From NCBI GenBank assembly GCA_041645215.1, contig JBAZQK010000007.1:8976-72975 (forward strand): a DNA stretch of 64,000 nt. The letters are read 5' to 3'. Origin of the DNA: Patescibacteria group bacterium (GTDB lineage Bacteria > Patescibacteriota > Patescibacteriia > Veblenbacterales > UBA10138). The notes under the pieces are model-generated. The model saw nothing but the letters and a program-made list of their open reading frames with translations, was not told the origin of the DNA and did not search any database. The position numbers were made by a program, and so were the translations under genes. Positions 39,835 to 49,355 of this stretch are shown one piece after another. Each line of letters starts with the position of its first letter. The first letter of the stretch is position 1.

Positions 39835-40272
39835 TTATGACTTTGGGCGATGGGCTATCAGACTGATAACTACCACCATAAACGCCGCCAATGACAATTG
39901 CGGAATATCTATAAAGCCAAACCAGGCAAACTGTCGAGCCGCGCAAGGCGCGTTCAAACTGCAAGGCAGTAAATAGTCAGAAGTAACCCGATAATAAACC
40001 CAGTTATGATAAACAGCCACAATTAAACCAGCTAAACTTAAAACCAACGAGGCTTTTAGTAAACCTTCTGCCTGTTTAAAAACCGCCAAGCCAAGTAATA
40101 AAACGAGCGGCCACATGGCTAGGCGTTGATACCAACAAAGCGGGCAGGGCGTGAGTCCCAAAACTTCCCCCAAATAAAAACTGCCCAAGGTTGCCACTAT
40201 CGCCACCGCCCAAGCAAAATATAAATAATATTTTTTATTCATGGCTCTATTATAATCCAAATAATTAACCAA
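39835..40272 (-). CDS. Disulfide bond formation protein B (DsbB/BdbC family)
   Basis: 'CPLCWYQR' and a second Cys pair 'CSLNAPC' are present, with 4 TM segments. Confidence 0.75.
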   Translation of the reverse strand: MVNYLDYNRAMNKKYYLYFAWAVAIVATLGSFYLGEVLGLTPCPLCWYQRLAMWPLVLLLGLAVFKQAEGLLKASLVLSLAGLIVAVYHNWVYYRVTSDYLLPCSLNAPCAARQFAWFGFIDIPQLSLAAFMVVVISLIAHRPKS

Positions 40273-40385
40273 ACTAACTGTTTAAAATGACTAAATAATT
40301 TAATTTCATAATTTTGAACTATTCCACCATTTCCGCTAAAGACCACATGCAAATATGTAGACAGACAGGCGTACGTCTACATATT

Positions 40386-40853
40386 TTAATCTTCAGTAAT
40401 ATAACCAAGTTTCTGAAAAAATTCTCTTCCACCTGGTATCTGTTTTACAGATGGAAGTTCACTCACGCTAAACCATTGTGATTCAACGAGGTCATCACCA
40501 AGTTGTAATCTAATTTCATCGGCCATTTTGTTGTGGATAACAATCCTAAACCTATGGAACTCCATGCGGCAAAGGACTTTTTCCTCTGTGTCCTTGAAAA
40601 TTTTTTCAGCGACATCAGTGTCAACATAAGGTAGCGGCTCTAGAGTATAGGGGGTGATATCTATACCTACCTCTTCACGAACCTCTCGTTTTAAAGCCTC
40701 CTCAAACGACTGGCCACTCTCAACGCCCCCACCCGGAATATGCCAACAGTCAGAATAAACACCACCTTTAATTGGATCTTTTCTACCCATCAACACTTTG
40801 TTGTCTTTGCTAAAAATTAGAGCAGAGACTATGGTTCGGTGTATTTCACGCAT
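40386..40853 (-). CDS. NUDIX hydrolase
   Basis: Nudix box 'GGGVESGQSFEEALKREVREEVGI'. Confidence 0.88.
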   Translation of the reverse strand: MREIHRTIVSALIFSKDNKVLMGRKDPIKGGVYSDCWHIPGGGVESGQSFEEALKREVREEVGIDITPYTLEPLPYVDTDVAEKIFKDTEEKVLCRMEFHRFRIVIHNKMADEIRLQLGDDLVESQWFSVSELPSVKQIPGGREFFQKLGYITED

Positions 40854-40865
40854 AAATATATGTTT

Positions 40866-41579
40866 TTAGGCTACCGACAAATCAATTTCGGGTTGTTTTT
40901 CATCAAGAATTTTATAAGAAATATTTCCGCCACAAAATTTTTGGACTAAATCTTTTAGCTCCTTTGTAGCATTTTCTATTTCTTGTTTTGTCACCGGCAG
41001 AAGCCCCTCTATAACCAGAAAACAATTTTTTGTTTCTTCTGTAAACTTTGTCCTATCAGCTTCACGCCAATTCCACCGGCGACAAATTGCGGAAATATCG
41101 TCTTTGTAAATAACTTCCCCGGCGTGAGGCGGCCGGGGCTCTTTATCCCCCAGCAGTAAAACCGCCGGTTCATTTGGTTCTGCCAAAGTTAAAATGACAT
41201 CGCCTTGAATTTTATCCATGTTCTCACCACCAACAGGAACCATATGTTTAAGGGAAATGAGATTATAAATATCCACCAACTTATTAATATGTCTCAAATT
41301 TATTCCTTGCAAAATCAACCTATAAAGATTTTCAACCGAGGATTTATTTTCTTTCGATTTGGCTCCGAAAGCAGCATAAGTTTTTCTCCAGACGTCAATT
41401 CTGGGAGTTTGGGACAAAGTTTCAGTGTTATATTTTTCTCTGATATTACTTTCTTGTATTCTGATATCTTTTTGGACTTCTTCCTGTGTTCCAGAATTAT
41501 CAAGATTCTTACAGACGACAACTCCTACTGTTAAACCGGGAAACTTCTCAAATATTTTGTGGTCAATTTTGAATTTCAT
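40866..41579 (-). CDS. B3/4 domain protein (tRNA-binding domain of the PheT editing type)
   Basis: Size about 237 aa. 'WRKTYAAFGAKSK...ENLYRLILQG...NLISLKHMVPVGGENMD' fits the B3_4 family. Confidence 0.55.
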   Translation of the reverse strand: MKFKIDHKIFEKFPGLTVGVVVCKNLDNSGTQEEVQKDIRIQESNIREKYNTETLSQTPRIDVWRKTYAAFGAKSKENKSSVENLYRLILQGINLRHINKLVDIYNLISLKHMVPVGGENMDKIQGDVILTLAEPNEPAVLLLGDKEPRPPHAGEVIYKDDISAICRRWNWREADRTKFTEETKNCFLVIEGLLPVTKQEIENATKELKDLVQKFCGGNISYKILDEKQPEIDLSVA

Positions 41580-41624
41580 AGGTATTTAATTAAAAATTTT
41601 GTGGCGGATTTAATAATAAATAGC

Positions 41625-42128
41625 CTATGCTGTACTCTGTAAAAAATAATTATCCTTAAATTCATCCCAACTTGTTTCTCTGCCCGGGTAAGCCACGCTA
41701 TCAAACGGCCATTTCTCCTTAATCCAATTTTTAACAGTGATAAATAAATATTTATCTAGCCCATTTGCCAATTCATCCTTTCTTACCCAAGCAATAACTA
41801 CTACGTCATATTTTACATTTGTGCTGGGCATAATGTACACGCAGCCCAAACATCTTGTTTCATCGAGGTTCATGACGGTGTAAGTAAAGGACGTTCGTTT
41901 TTGAAACTCCTCCTGATGAAAACGGAGGTCGTTTAAATCCTGCTCAAGAGTTAAATCTTTCTGCGGCCAGCGGTCAAAAGGCCCAAATACGCACTGAAGA
42001 TGTTCCAAACTTGTGATGACGGCTTCATAATCTTTCGTAAGGTCATCAATGGTAAGCATTCTCAACCGTATTCTGTCTGTTTCTAATTTTTTAGGAACTT
42101 GAAAACTATCTGGGATGAACTTTTTCAT
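41625..42128 (-). CDS. GNAT-family N-acetyltransferase
   Basis: 167 aa. 'RIRLRMLTIDDL' N-terminus and RimL-like architecture. Confidence 0.55.
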   Translation of the reverse strand: MKKFIPDSFQVPKKLETDRIRLRMLTIDDLTKDYEAVITSLEHLQCVFGPFDRWPQKDLTLEQDLNDLRFHQEEFQKRTSFTYTVMNLDETRCLGCVYIMPSTNVKYDVVVIAWVRKDELANGLDKYLFITVKNWIKEKWPFDSVAYPGRETSWDEFKDNYFLQSTA

Positions 42129-42172
42129 AATTATTTTCTATGCCGTGTTAGGCGATGTAAAATTTTTACGTT

Positions 42173-42844
42173 TTATATATTGCAATTAAATATTTTACCA
42201 GTTTTATGGTCGAATCTTGGAACGATATCATATGTATTTAATTTTAAGGCAAATTCCAAATCATCTTTCTGATTTAGTGTTCTGAGGCGGTTTGCCCCGT
42301 CAGATTGAAGGATTTGATTTTTTATTTGGTCAAAATTAATTTTTAAATTTTTTAATCCTGCTTCTATATATTTTGCACATTCTTCATCTTCTACTGCTGG
42401 CTCGGTGGTGTTACAACCTACAGCTAGCAAGCTTACTTGTGCTGGTTTTTTATTCTTAATATAGTCAATAATTGCTTGCGAATTAGCAAAACTGCCAATT
42501 AATATTTCGTCAGCAAGGGTTGCGTTAACAATGCATTGAGAGCCAGCAGACGTTGTAATAATAATTTTTTTATCTCTCAAATTTAATTTTGTTGCTTTGG
42601 CAGGCGAATTATCATAATCAAATCCTTCTAGGGGCAAACCGCCTCTTTCGCCAAAAAGCAAATGATTTGGATTTTCTTTTTTAAGTTGATAGGCTTTTTC
42701 TAGTGCACCGACTGGTAAAATATATTCAGCTCCACTGGCCAGACAGCTAATTATCGTATTGCTAGCTCTAAATACGTCAATAACCACAGTTATGCCGTTA
42801 GCAATTTTGGCGCCCTTTAAACATTCGTAAATATTTATATTCAT
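42173..42844 (-). CDS. 2-phosphosulfolactate phosphatase (ComB) family protein
   Basis: 'VVIDVFRASNTI' N-terminal signature and 'SAGSQC'. Confidence 0.6.
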   Translation of the reverse strand: MNINIYECLKGAKIANGITVVIDVFRASNTIISCLASGAEYILPVGALEKAYQLKKENPNHLLFGERGGLPLEGFDYDNSPAKATKLNLRDKKIIITTSAGSQCIVNATLADEILIGSFANSQAIIDYIKNKKPAQVSLLAVGCNTTEPAVEDEECAKYIEAGLKNLKINFDQIKNQILQSDGANRLRTLNQKDDLEFALKLNTYDIVPRFDHKTGKIFNCNI

Positions 42845-43040
42845 AATGCATAGTAAAAATTTTATTTCGCCTAACGTTAGGGATATACGAAGTTTTTCTG
42901 TAGCGTAGCGGAAGAAAAATTTGGGTGAGGGGCGAGCCGAGCCCCGAATCGCATACGCTGTGTTAGCTGACCCGAGCTGTAGCGTAGTGGAGGCGAGAGC
43001 GCAGCGTGGCTTGAGTTCATTTCAAAAATTACTTTTCTCT

Positions 43041-43541
43041 TCAACCAAAAGCCTTTTGTTCCTCTTTTAATACAATATCATGCGCTTCATGTAAAGAAAA
43101 ACTTTGGTCTCGTAGATTAGCCTCCAATATTTCATGGAACAGAATTCTTCTTCTGTCCGATTCAGGTATTGTGTCATGTAGATAAATATCATAACCTCTG
43201 ACGTATGTAGATGCGAAATATTCTGCTGATTTACCAAATTTAGCCAGTTTTCCTTCAGCTTCAGCTTTTGCCAATCTACCTGCTTTAGTAATGTTTATAT
43301 AGAATTCTGTTCCATTGAACGTAAATCTGTACCCTTGTTCCCATTTGATGCTGTCTAGTAGAGCCAAAAGTTCTTCCGTTTTTAGTTCTGGTTGTCGAAT
43401 TATTTCTCGGTTTTCCATAAATTTAGAAAAGTAATTTTTTAAATGAATTTCGTCTAACTCGTTTTTATGCGACGTGTTTGGTGAATAATATACGCATTGT
43501 TGTATATTATGCGAAATTGTAATATTATCGACCCATATCAC
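43041..43541 (-). CDS. Hypothetical protein
   Basis: ORF in the low-GC island with no recognised domain. A 'HEILE...HEAHD' motif is noted. Confidence 0.35.
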   Translation of the reverse strand: MIWVDNITISHNIQQCVYYSPNTSHKNELDEIHLKNYFSKFMENREIIRQPELKTEELLALLDSIKWEQGYRFTFNGTEFYINITKAGRLAKAEAEGKLAKFGKSAEYFASTYVRGYDIYLHDTIPESDRRRILFHEILEANLRDQSFSLHEAHDIVLKEEQKAFG

Positions 43542-43818
43542 AGTTTATTAAATTATAGCAAAGTTTTATGAATTTAAAAGAGCTTTTGGGAAAAATATTT
43601 AAGGTCAAGTATAAAACCGTACTTACTTAAATCAACCATTGGTTCATGGTTTTCTTGAATTTCAATTGAAGTGTATTTTACTAAGGTCATACGACAAAAC
43701 TGGCTTGATTTTTGTTTAATTTAACTTAACGTTTGTGAATACTTAAAATCTGCCATGCACAAATTATTGTAAAGTATAGACAAACAGATATTCGCTATTA
43801 CTGAGTGTAACAAAAATT

Positions 43819-44169
43819 TTACTCAATTATTCTACCTCCAGTTTGTTCTATCATTTCTCTTAACGCCTGCATCATTTTTTCTTTATCATCAGAACCTTTA
43901 TTTAGAATTTTGCTAGGTCCATGAATAACATAGCGATCAAAATTACGTAGATCATCTGAAATTTGAGCTATCTTATAGATTGTACCATCTTCTATAATAG
44001 TAACTACATCTCCATTTATATTTTTAAATCCGTTGGCAGTCTTGCGAAAAGAGATTTTAGCTAATTCAGAAACTTCCTTGGAAAGTTTTTCTAACTCCGC
44101 AAAACTTAGTTTAGCAACTTCAATTTTTTTTGGATTCTCTGGTTGATCGGCTGATGATAATTCATGCAT
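43819..44169 (-). CDS. Hypothetical protein
   Basis: ORF in the low-GC island with no recognised domain. Confidence 0.35.
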   Translation of the reverse strand: MHELSSADQPENPKKIEVAKLSFAELEKLSKEVSELAKISFRKTANGFKNINGDVVTIIEDGTIYKIAQISDDLRNFDRYVIHGPSKILNKGSDDKEKMMQALREMIEQTGGRIIE

Positions 44170-44193
44170 ATTATTGTTAATTAGATTAAAAAT

Positions 44194-45417
44194 TTACGTC
44201 CCCTGCTTCCAACTATTCAAATATTTCCTTTGCTTGGGCGTTAAAGTATCGTGCATTACCTGAAGCGAACGGAGTTTGAGTTCGGCAATGGCGAGGTCAA
44301 TTTCCGCCGGCACCGGGTAAACCCCGGGTTTTAGTTCAGTGTGGCGCTTAACCAAATATTCCAAGGCCAAGGCCTGATTGGCAAACGACATATCCATCAC
44401 GCTGGCGGGGTGGCCTTCTGCCGCCGCCAGATTTACCAATCTCCCCTGCCCTAGCAAATAAATAGATTTGTTGTTCTTAAACTTGTACTCTTCCGTATTG
44501 TCGCGCACCTCGGTTACAGTAACGGCCAGACTGCTTAAATCTTTAATATTTATCTCGTCGTTAAAATGCCCGGCATTGGCCAGAATGGCGCCGTTTTTCA
44601 TTAACTTAAAATGAGGCTTGGTTAAAATATCAATATCGCCGGTGGTGGTAATAAAAATATCACCCGCCACCGCCGCGGCCAGCATGGGCATAACCTGATA
44701 ACCGTCCATTAAAGCTTCCAGCGTTCGTACCGGGTTAACCTCGGTTACAATCACGCGACTACCCATGCCACTGGCGCGCTGGGCCACCCCGCGGCCGCAC
44801 CAGCCATAGCCAGCCACTACCACCACTTTGCCAGCCAGTAAAATATTGGTAGCCCGCAAAATACCGTCAATCGTGGATTGACCCGTGCCATAGCGGTTAT
44901 CAAACAAATGCTTGGTTAGGGCTGAATTCACCGCGATGATGGGATATTTAAGCTGGTGTTTTTTAGCCATAATATTCAGCCGCGCCACGCCGGTCGTGGT
45001 TTCCTCAGTTCCGCCCCAGACTTTTTTTAACAAACTTTTATTCTTAGTATGAATATAAGTTACCAAATCGGCCCCGTCATCCACGGTTAAATTGGGCCGC
45101 AGCTTTAAACTGTCGCGAATCTGCTGGTAATAAGTTTTGTGGTCCACCCCGCGCTTGGCCTGAACATCCATTTTGTAATCTTTTTTTAAACTCTGTACCA
45201 CATCGTCCTGGGTGGACAACGGATTAGAGGCGGACAAACTTACCTGCGCGCCGCCTTGTTTTAAGGCCAGCACTAAATTGGCGGTTTCGGCGGTTACGTG
45301 CAAGCACGCCGAAATTTTAACATTCTTAAACGGCTGGGATTGGGCGAACTCGGCGGCGATCTGCTGTAACACTGGCATTTGCCGGCCGGCCCACAGAATT
45401 CGTTGTTTACCTTTCAT
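44194..45417 (-). CDS. ahcY: Adenosylhomocysteinase. The track start is 45492; the likely start is 'MKGKQRILWAG'.
   Basis: NAD-binding 'VVVAGYGWCGRGVA', 'GHFNDEI' and 'HPASVMD' are present. Confidence 0.9.
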   Translation of the reverse strand: MKGKQRILWAGRQMPVLQQIAAEFAQSQPFKNVKISACLHVTAETANLVLALKQGGAQVSLSASNPLSTQDDVVQSLKKDYKMDVQAKRGVDHKTYYQQIRDSLKLRPNLTVDDGADLVTYIHTKNKSLLKKVWGGTEETTTGVARLNIMAKKHQLKYPIIAVNSALTKHLFDNRYGTGQSTIDGILRATNILLAGKVVVVAGYGWCGRGVAQRASGMGSRVIVTEVNPVRTLEALMDGYQVMPMLAAAVAGDIFITTTGDIDILTKPHFKLMKNGAILANAGHFNDEINIKDLSSLAVTVTEVRDNTEEYKFKNNKSIYLLGQGRLVNLAAAEGHPASVMDMSFANQALALEYLVKRHTELKPGVYPVPAEIDLAIAELKLRSLQVMHDTLTPKQRKYLNSWKQGT

Positions 45418-45501
45418 AGAAAATGTAAAATTAAAAGCTTCGCTTTTATCCCGATGGCCATCGGGATGGTTGCACGAGGCAACCAAAATCAAAATTAAAA
45501 A

Positions 45502-45930
45502 TCAACTTCTTAAATCTAAAACTTTTAAAGCTGATTTAATATTCTCTGCCACTTCTTGCATAGCCTTACCTTGATACTCTAATCGCGGCCAAGTGCCTAA
45601 ACCATCGTCGACTTTGCGGGGAATTATGTGTATATGCGTATGAAAAATAATCTGTCCGGCGGCGCGGCCATTGTTCATAGTTATATTGCAGCCATCAGCG
45701 CCAGTGCCCTGCACTATGGCACTCGCTATTTTTTGCGCCAACTGGAAAAAATGTCCGACTATCACCGCCGGAGTGGCAGTTAAATTTTCATAATGACTGC
45801 GTGGAATAATCAAAACATGCCCGGGTTGCACCGGATGAATATCCAAAAAAGCCACAAATTGGGTGTCCTCATAGACTTTGGTGGAGGCAATTTCACCAGC
45901 CGCAATTTTGCAAAAAATACAGTCGGACAT
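45502..45930 (-). CDS. HIT-family hydrolase
   Basis: 'HTHIHIIPR' histidine triad, with an N-terminal 'CIFCKI'. Confidence 0.88.
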   Translation of the reverse strand: MSDCIFCKIAAGEIASTKVYEDTQFVAFLDIHPVQPGHVLIIPRSHYENLTATPAVIVGHFFQLAQKIASAIVQGTGADGCNITMNNGRAAGQIIFHTHIHIIPRKVDDGLGTWPRLEYQGKAMQEVAENIKSALKVLDLRS

Positions 45931-46008
45931 AAGAATAAAATAGAATTATGAATTATGAATAATTAAAATACTCTTGATTCTTTGTTCTTGATCCGTAATT
46001 CTAACGAT

Positions 46009-46491
46009 CTAATACAACATCAATTCCTGCCTCAAGCTGGCAATGTACTTTTGCCCAGCCTCATAATCATCTTCACTCGGCGCCCAGTCGGGAAATTTTT
46101 TGTGCGTGGCCGGATCCCACGGCCCCTCAACTATTTCATACACCGCCGTATCAGGCTCCAGCGCTAAGGTAATGTGCCAAGTGGCCGGCGGAATCTCTGC
46201 CCCCCACGGACTCGTACCAGCCGCGAGCACGACTGATTCCATAACCCGTCCGTCGTCCGCTAATGTCGCTATCAACAACTTGCCCTGCAAAATAACAAAC
46301 ACTTCAACCTTGTTGGGATCTTCGTGCTTGTGCGGCTGAACGTACGACTCCGGCTGTAGCACGTTTACCATGCGGTGAACTTTATCGCTGTTGTCTTCGT
46401 GAAAAGTATAAATACTGCGTCGACGCGCGGAATTTTGCGCCGCCAGCACGACTGAATTAACAATCTCCTGGTTGATAAATTTTAACGGCAT
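46009..46491 (-). CDS. Cupin-domain protein (WbuC-like)
   Basis: 'HKHEDPNKVEVFVILQG' cupin motif 1. Confidence 0.5.
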   Translation of the reverse strand: MPLKFINQEIVNSVVLAAQNSARRRSIYTFHEDNSDKVHRMVNVLQPESYVQPHKHEDPNKVEVFVILQGKLLIATLADDGRVMESVVLAAGTSPWGAEIPPATWHITLALEPDTAVYEIVEGPWDPATHKKFPDWAPSEDDYEAGQKYIASLRQELMLY

Positions 46492-46632
46492 AATAGAAAA
46501 TTTAAATATAAAAATTGGAATTTACCCCCGCCTTGGGCGGGGGCGGAAATGACACCAAACCCGTAAGTCCTAATTTACATTTTTATTCATACAAATTTAA
46601 TCCGGCCGCTATTCCCTTACCCTGCCTAAAGA

Positions 46633-46914
46633 CTATCCCCGTACGGCTATCAACACCCCTATTGCCAGTATAGCAGATATTGCCATTTGCAGACGAGTGT
46701 AAATAACGGGTTGGTGCAATTCAGTGCGACCAAACAAAAATCCAACCAAACCCAATACTAAAATAAAATTAAGGTCAATATACAAACTTACAAAACCCGG
46801 CCGCATTAATTCCAGCAATAGCAAAAACCACCACCCCGCCAGCAAGCCAATACCGGCCTCGGCCACAACTAATCGAGCTTTTACCGCGTATTTATGACTG
46901 ATTAAATTTGCCAT
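46633..46914 (-). CDS. Small membrane protein, hypothetical
   Basis: Three hydrophobic segments. Overlaps the downstream ORF's start. Confidence 0.35.
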   Translation of the reverse strand: MANLISHKYAVKARLVVAEAGIGLLAGWWFLLLLELMRPGFVSLYIDLNFILVLGLVGFLFGRTELHQPVIYTRLQMAISAILAIGVLIAVRG

Positions 46915-47453
46915 AATTCCGATAATTTAGCGGTGAGCGATTCAATCGCTTTATCCAGATCAAACGGCGAGCGGTAAATAGTCGCGCGCGCGCCCGTTAC
47001 CGTCACTCCCCCGGGCGACAAACCAGGCGCTGAAATCAAAAAACGCTGGCTATGGTTTGGTTCAATATATTTAAATTCATCGGCCGTTAGTAAATAAATT
47101 TGCTCGCCTGGTTTAATGGTGTGCGTAAGCGGCGGAAAATAATAATCCCAATCTCCCCCGCTGCGCCTGCCCAATTTTAGAGCTGACGACTGGCGCGTCG
47201 TGGTTAGCTCTAATTTAACGCCGCTGGCTCGCACCGGCAGTTTAACGTCAAAATAAATCGGCTCGGCCTCGAGTTTAAGGCCTACTTCAGTCCTAGTGAC
47301 GCGGCCGGCCGGCAACAGTATACCAAAGTTAGGCGTGCGTTTAACAAAATCCGTGCTGGCAATTAACGGCGCCGCGCTAAAAACCGCCTGATAAGCCATC
47401 GCGGCCGCCAAGACGAACGGTATTAGCCAACGTACATGCCAAAAATGGGACAT
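46902..47453 (-). CDS. Hypothetical secreted/anchored protein
   Basis: N-terminal signal/TM 'LIPFVLAAAMAYQAVFSA'. Confidence 0.4.
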   Translation of the reverse strand: MSHFWHVRWLIPFVLAAAMAYQAVFSAAPLIASTDFVKRTPNFGILLPAGRVTRTEVGLKLEAEPIYFDVKLPVRASGVKLELTTTRQSSALKLGRRSGGDWDYYFPPLTHTIKPGEQIYLLTADEFKYIEPNHSQRFLISAPGLSPGGVTVTGARATIYRSPFDLDKAIESLTAKLSELWQI

Positions 47454-47464
47454 AAGAAATGTAA

Positions 47465-47610
47465 ACCCAGTATATCAACTTCGCTGACAAAATTAGCGAG
47501 CGTGAGTTGAAAGACTGTTTAGTAAATAAATGATAATTTAAATCTGGTTAAGATATTAATTGCACTAATTTGGTTAAAAGCGAGCTATAGCGAAGTTATT
47601 ATACTGGGCA
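47465..47610 (+). mobile_element. W-family copy W3 (conserved termini, divergent interior)
   Basis: acccagtatatcaacttcgc ... gcgaagttattatactgggc. Confidence 0.6.
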
Positions 47611-47621
47611 AAATGTAAAAA

Positions 47622-47736
47622 CCTGCCCGACGCTAGCCTTACCCAATTAACCAATAGTTGTCCAATGACCTTATATATATTCATCGCTAGATTATGTTTA
47701 AGACTTTGGCTTTGGCAGGCGGGTCAAAATGGAAAA
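47622..47736 (+). repeat. Z-family repeat copy
   Basis: cctgcccgacgctagccttaccc...ctttggctttggcaggcggg. Confidence 0.55.
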
Positions 47737-47757
47737 TTATTTATCTAATCCTAAATA

Positions 47758-49332
47758 CTAATTCATCCTTAATTTATACTGATAAAGACTAAAATCCTGC
47801 CAGCCGTATTGCACGGGCAAGAGTTGCAAATTATGGCGCGCCAACCAAACATTCTCCGCCGCCAAATCAAGCGGCCGCCAAGTCGCGTGAAAGTTGTAAA
47901 CTGGCCGATGGTCTTTTATTAAATCAGCCACGGTGGCAAAATTATTATCAGTTTTAAGCTCGTAAATTACCGCTCGCTCGGGCCAAAAAAATTTATCCGT
48001 GCGTCCGGCCACAATAACCGCCGGCGCTGGAGTTAAGGCCCGCACCTCGCGGCTAGTGGTTTCAAACCGCTTAATATTCTGGCGAATTACGCCTAACCCT
48101 TCAATCGGGTCTAACCATACCAAATTAACCGACAGCGCCGCATACAGCGCTACTATGGTCAAAACCCCTAGTTGCCCCCATTGGCGGGCGAGCCCGCGCG
48201 CCAGCATAACTGCCGCTGGCAGCAAGGCTAATATATAAAACGGTAAAAAATATCGGTTATATGACGTACCCAGCGTAACCGCGGTTGGGTCAGGATTATC
48301 GTTAAACCACCAACTGCCGTAAACTACTATCAGCCAGACAGCCATCAGCAGGCTTAAAATAAGTAATCTTTTACCCAAGCGCGGCACCGTGCGCCAGTAA
48401 TAAATCAAATAAACCGCGCCGGCCGCGGCCGGCGCAAACCACCACCAATTAAGCAAAATTACATAATTGATTATGGTGTTTAAAATAACGCGCGGATGAA
48501 AACCAAAAGGCAAAATTAATTGCCCCAACAGCGAGGCCGTTTGGTAGAGGTCGCGGCCGAGGGCGATTTCGGGCGCATAGCCGAACGATACCGGATAGCC
48601 ATAGATAAAATAATTGCCGATAAATATCGGCAGTAAACCGATCAGCCCGCCGGCCAACGCATACCACACGTACTTTAAATTAATCTCACGCCTAAACCAG
48701 CCAAACCAAATTAAACCGGCCGCCAGCAGCCAAAATATTTCGGCCGTGCGAAAACTCAAGGCTAATCCCGCCGCTAATCCGGTCAACCAGAACCAACGGG
48801 GCTGGTTAGTTTTAACAGCCCGAACACTCGCATAAACCGCCAGTAAAAATAAATCCACAAATAAACCATTGTGAAAAAAACTGCGGCTGTGATAATACCA
48901 AAAACTGGGTAAAAAAATTAACAAGACCAAACCGATTAGAGCCGTACGGTCGTCAACTAACTCTTTAAGCAAAAAGTAAAACGCCAATAACCCGATTAAT
49001 GCCGCCAGCGGCGTAACATATGGCAAAAAATTTATCGTAAATATCCAACCCAAGGTTCCGGCTATCAGCGGCAAACCCAAAAAACTGGCTGGAACTAAAT
49101 TATTATTTACCACTACGGTGCTGCGGGGATGAAGCAACGCCGGCGTAATCGGCACTGTCAAACTCTGCCCCCGGCTCAAACGCCGGGCAAAAAAAGCGTT
49201 GGCCGCCTCGTCCGGCGAATTATACCGCTGGGGCAAACCAAAATTAAAAGCGGCGTACAAAACAACTGCTAAAACTGCCAATATTACCGGGCCTGTCAGG
49301 CTTCCTGACCAGTGATTAAGCTTTAAATCCAT
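47758..49332 (-). CDS. GT-C fold glycosyltransferase, family 39 (ArnT/PMT-like)
   Basis: Polytopic protein with a 'SPDEAANAFFA' DE-motif in the first loop. Confidence 0.65.
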   Translation of the reverse strand: MDLKLNHWSGSLTGPVILAVLAVVLYAAFNFGLPQRYNSPDEAANAFFARRLSRGQSLTVPITPALLHPRSTVVVNNNLVPASFLGLPLIAGTLGWIFTINFLPYVTPLAALIGLLAFYFLLKELVDDRTALIGLVLLIFLPSFWYYHSRSFFHNGLFVDLFLLAVYASVRAVKTNQPRWFWLTGLAAGLALSFRTAEIFWLLAAGLIWFGWFRREINLKYVWYALAGGLIGLLPIFIGNYFIYGYPVSFGYAPEIALGRDLYQTASLLGQLILPFGFHPRVILNTIINYVILLNWWWFAPAAAGAVYLIYYWRTVPRLGKRLLILSLLMAVWLIVVYGSWWFNDNPDPTAVTLGTSYNRYFLPFYILALLPAAVMLARGLARQWGQLGVLTIVALYAALSVNLVWLDPIEGLGVIRQNIKRFETTSREVRALTPAPAVIVAGRTDKFFWPERAVIYELKTDNNFATVADLIKDHRPVYNFHATWRPLDLAAENVWLARHNLQLLPVQYGWQDFSLYQYKLRMN

Positions 49333-49355
49333 ACTAAATTATTATAACAGCATAA

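Noticed and set aside
45418-45501. SAH riboswitch in the ahcY leader (two hairpins: ggttgc...gcaacc and atcccgatgg/ccatcgggat)
   Set aside because: The conserved SAH-riboswitch core (GAGGAGCG...CAGGCUC...) is absent. ahcY is probably co-transcribed with the upstream HIT gene.
22700-46545. Short palindromes of the form CCGCC-N4-GGCGG (22703, 38727, 46530) as a distinct site family
   Set aside because: There are only three loose instances, each embedded in other repeats. That is not enough to separate them from chance GC-rich dyads.
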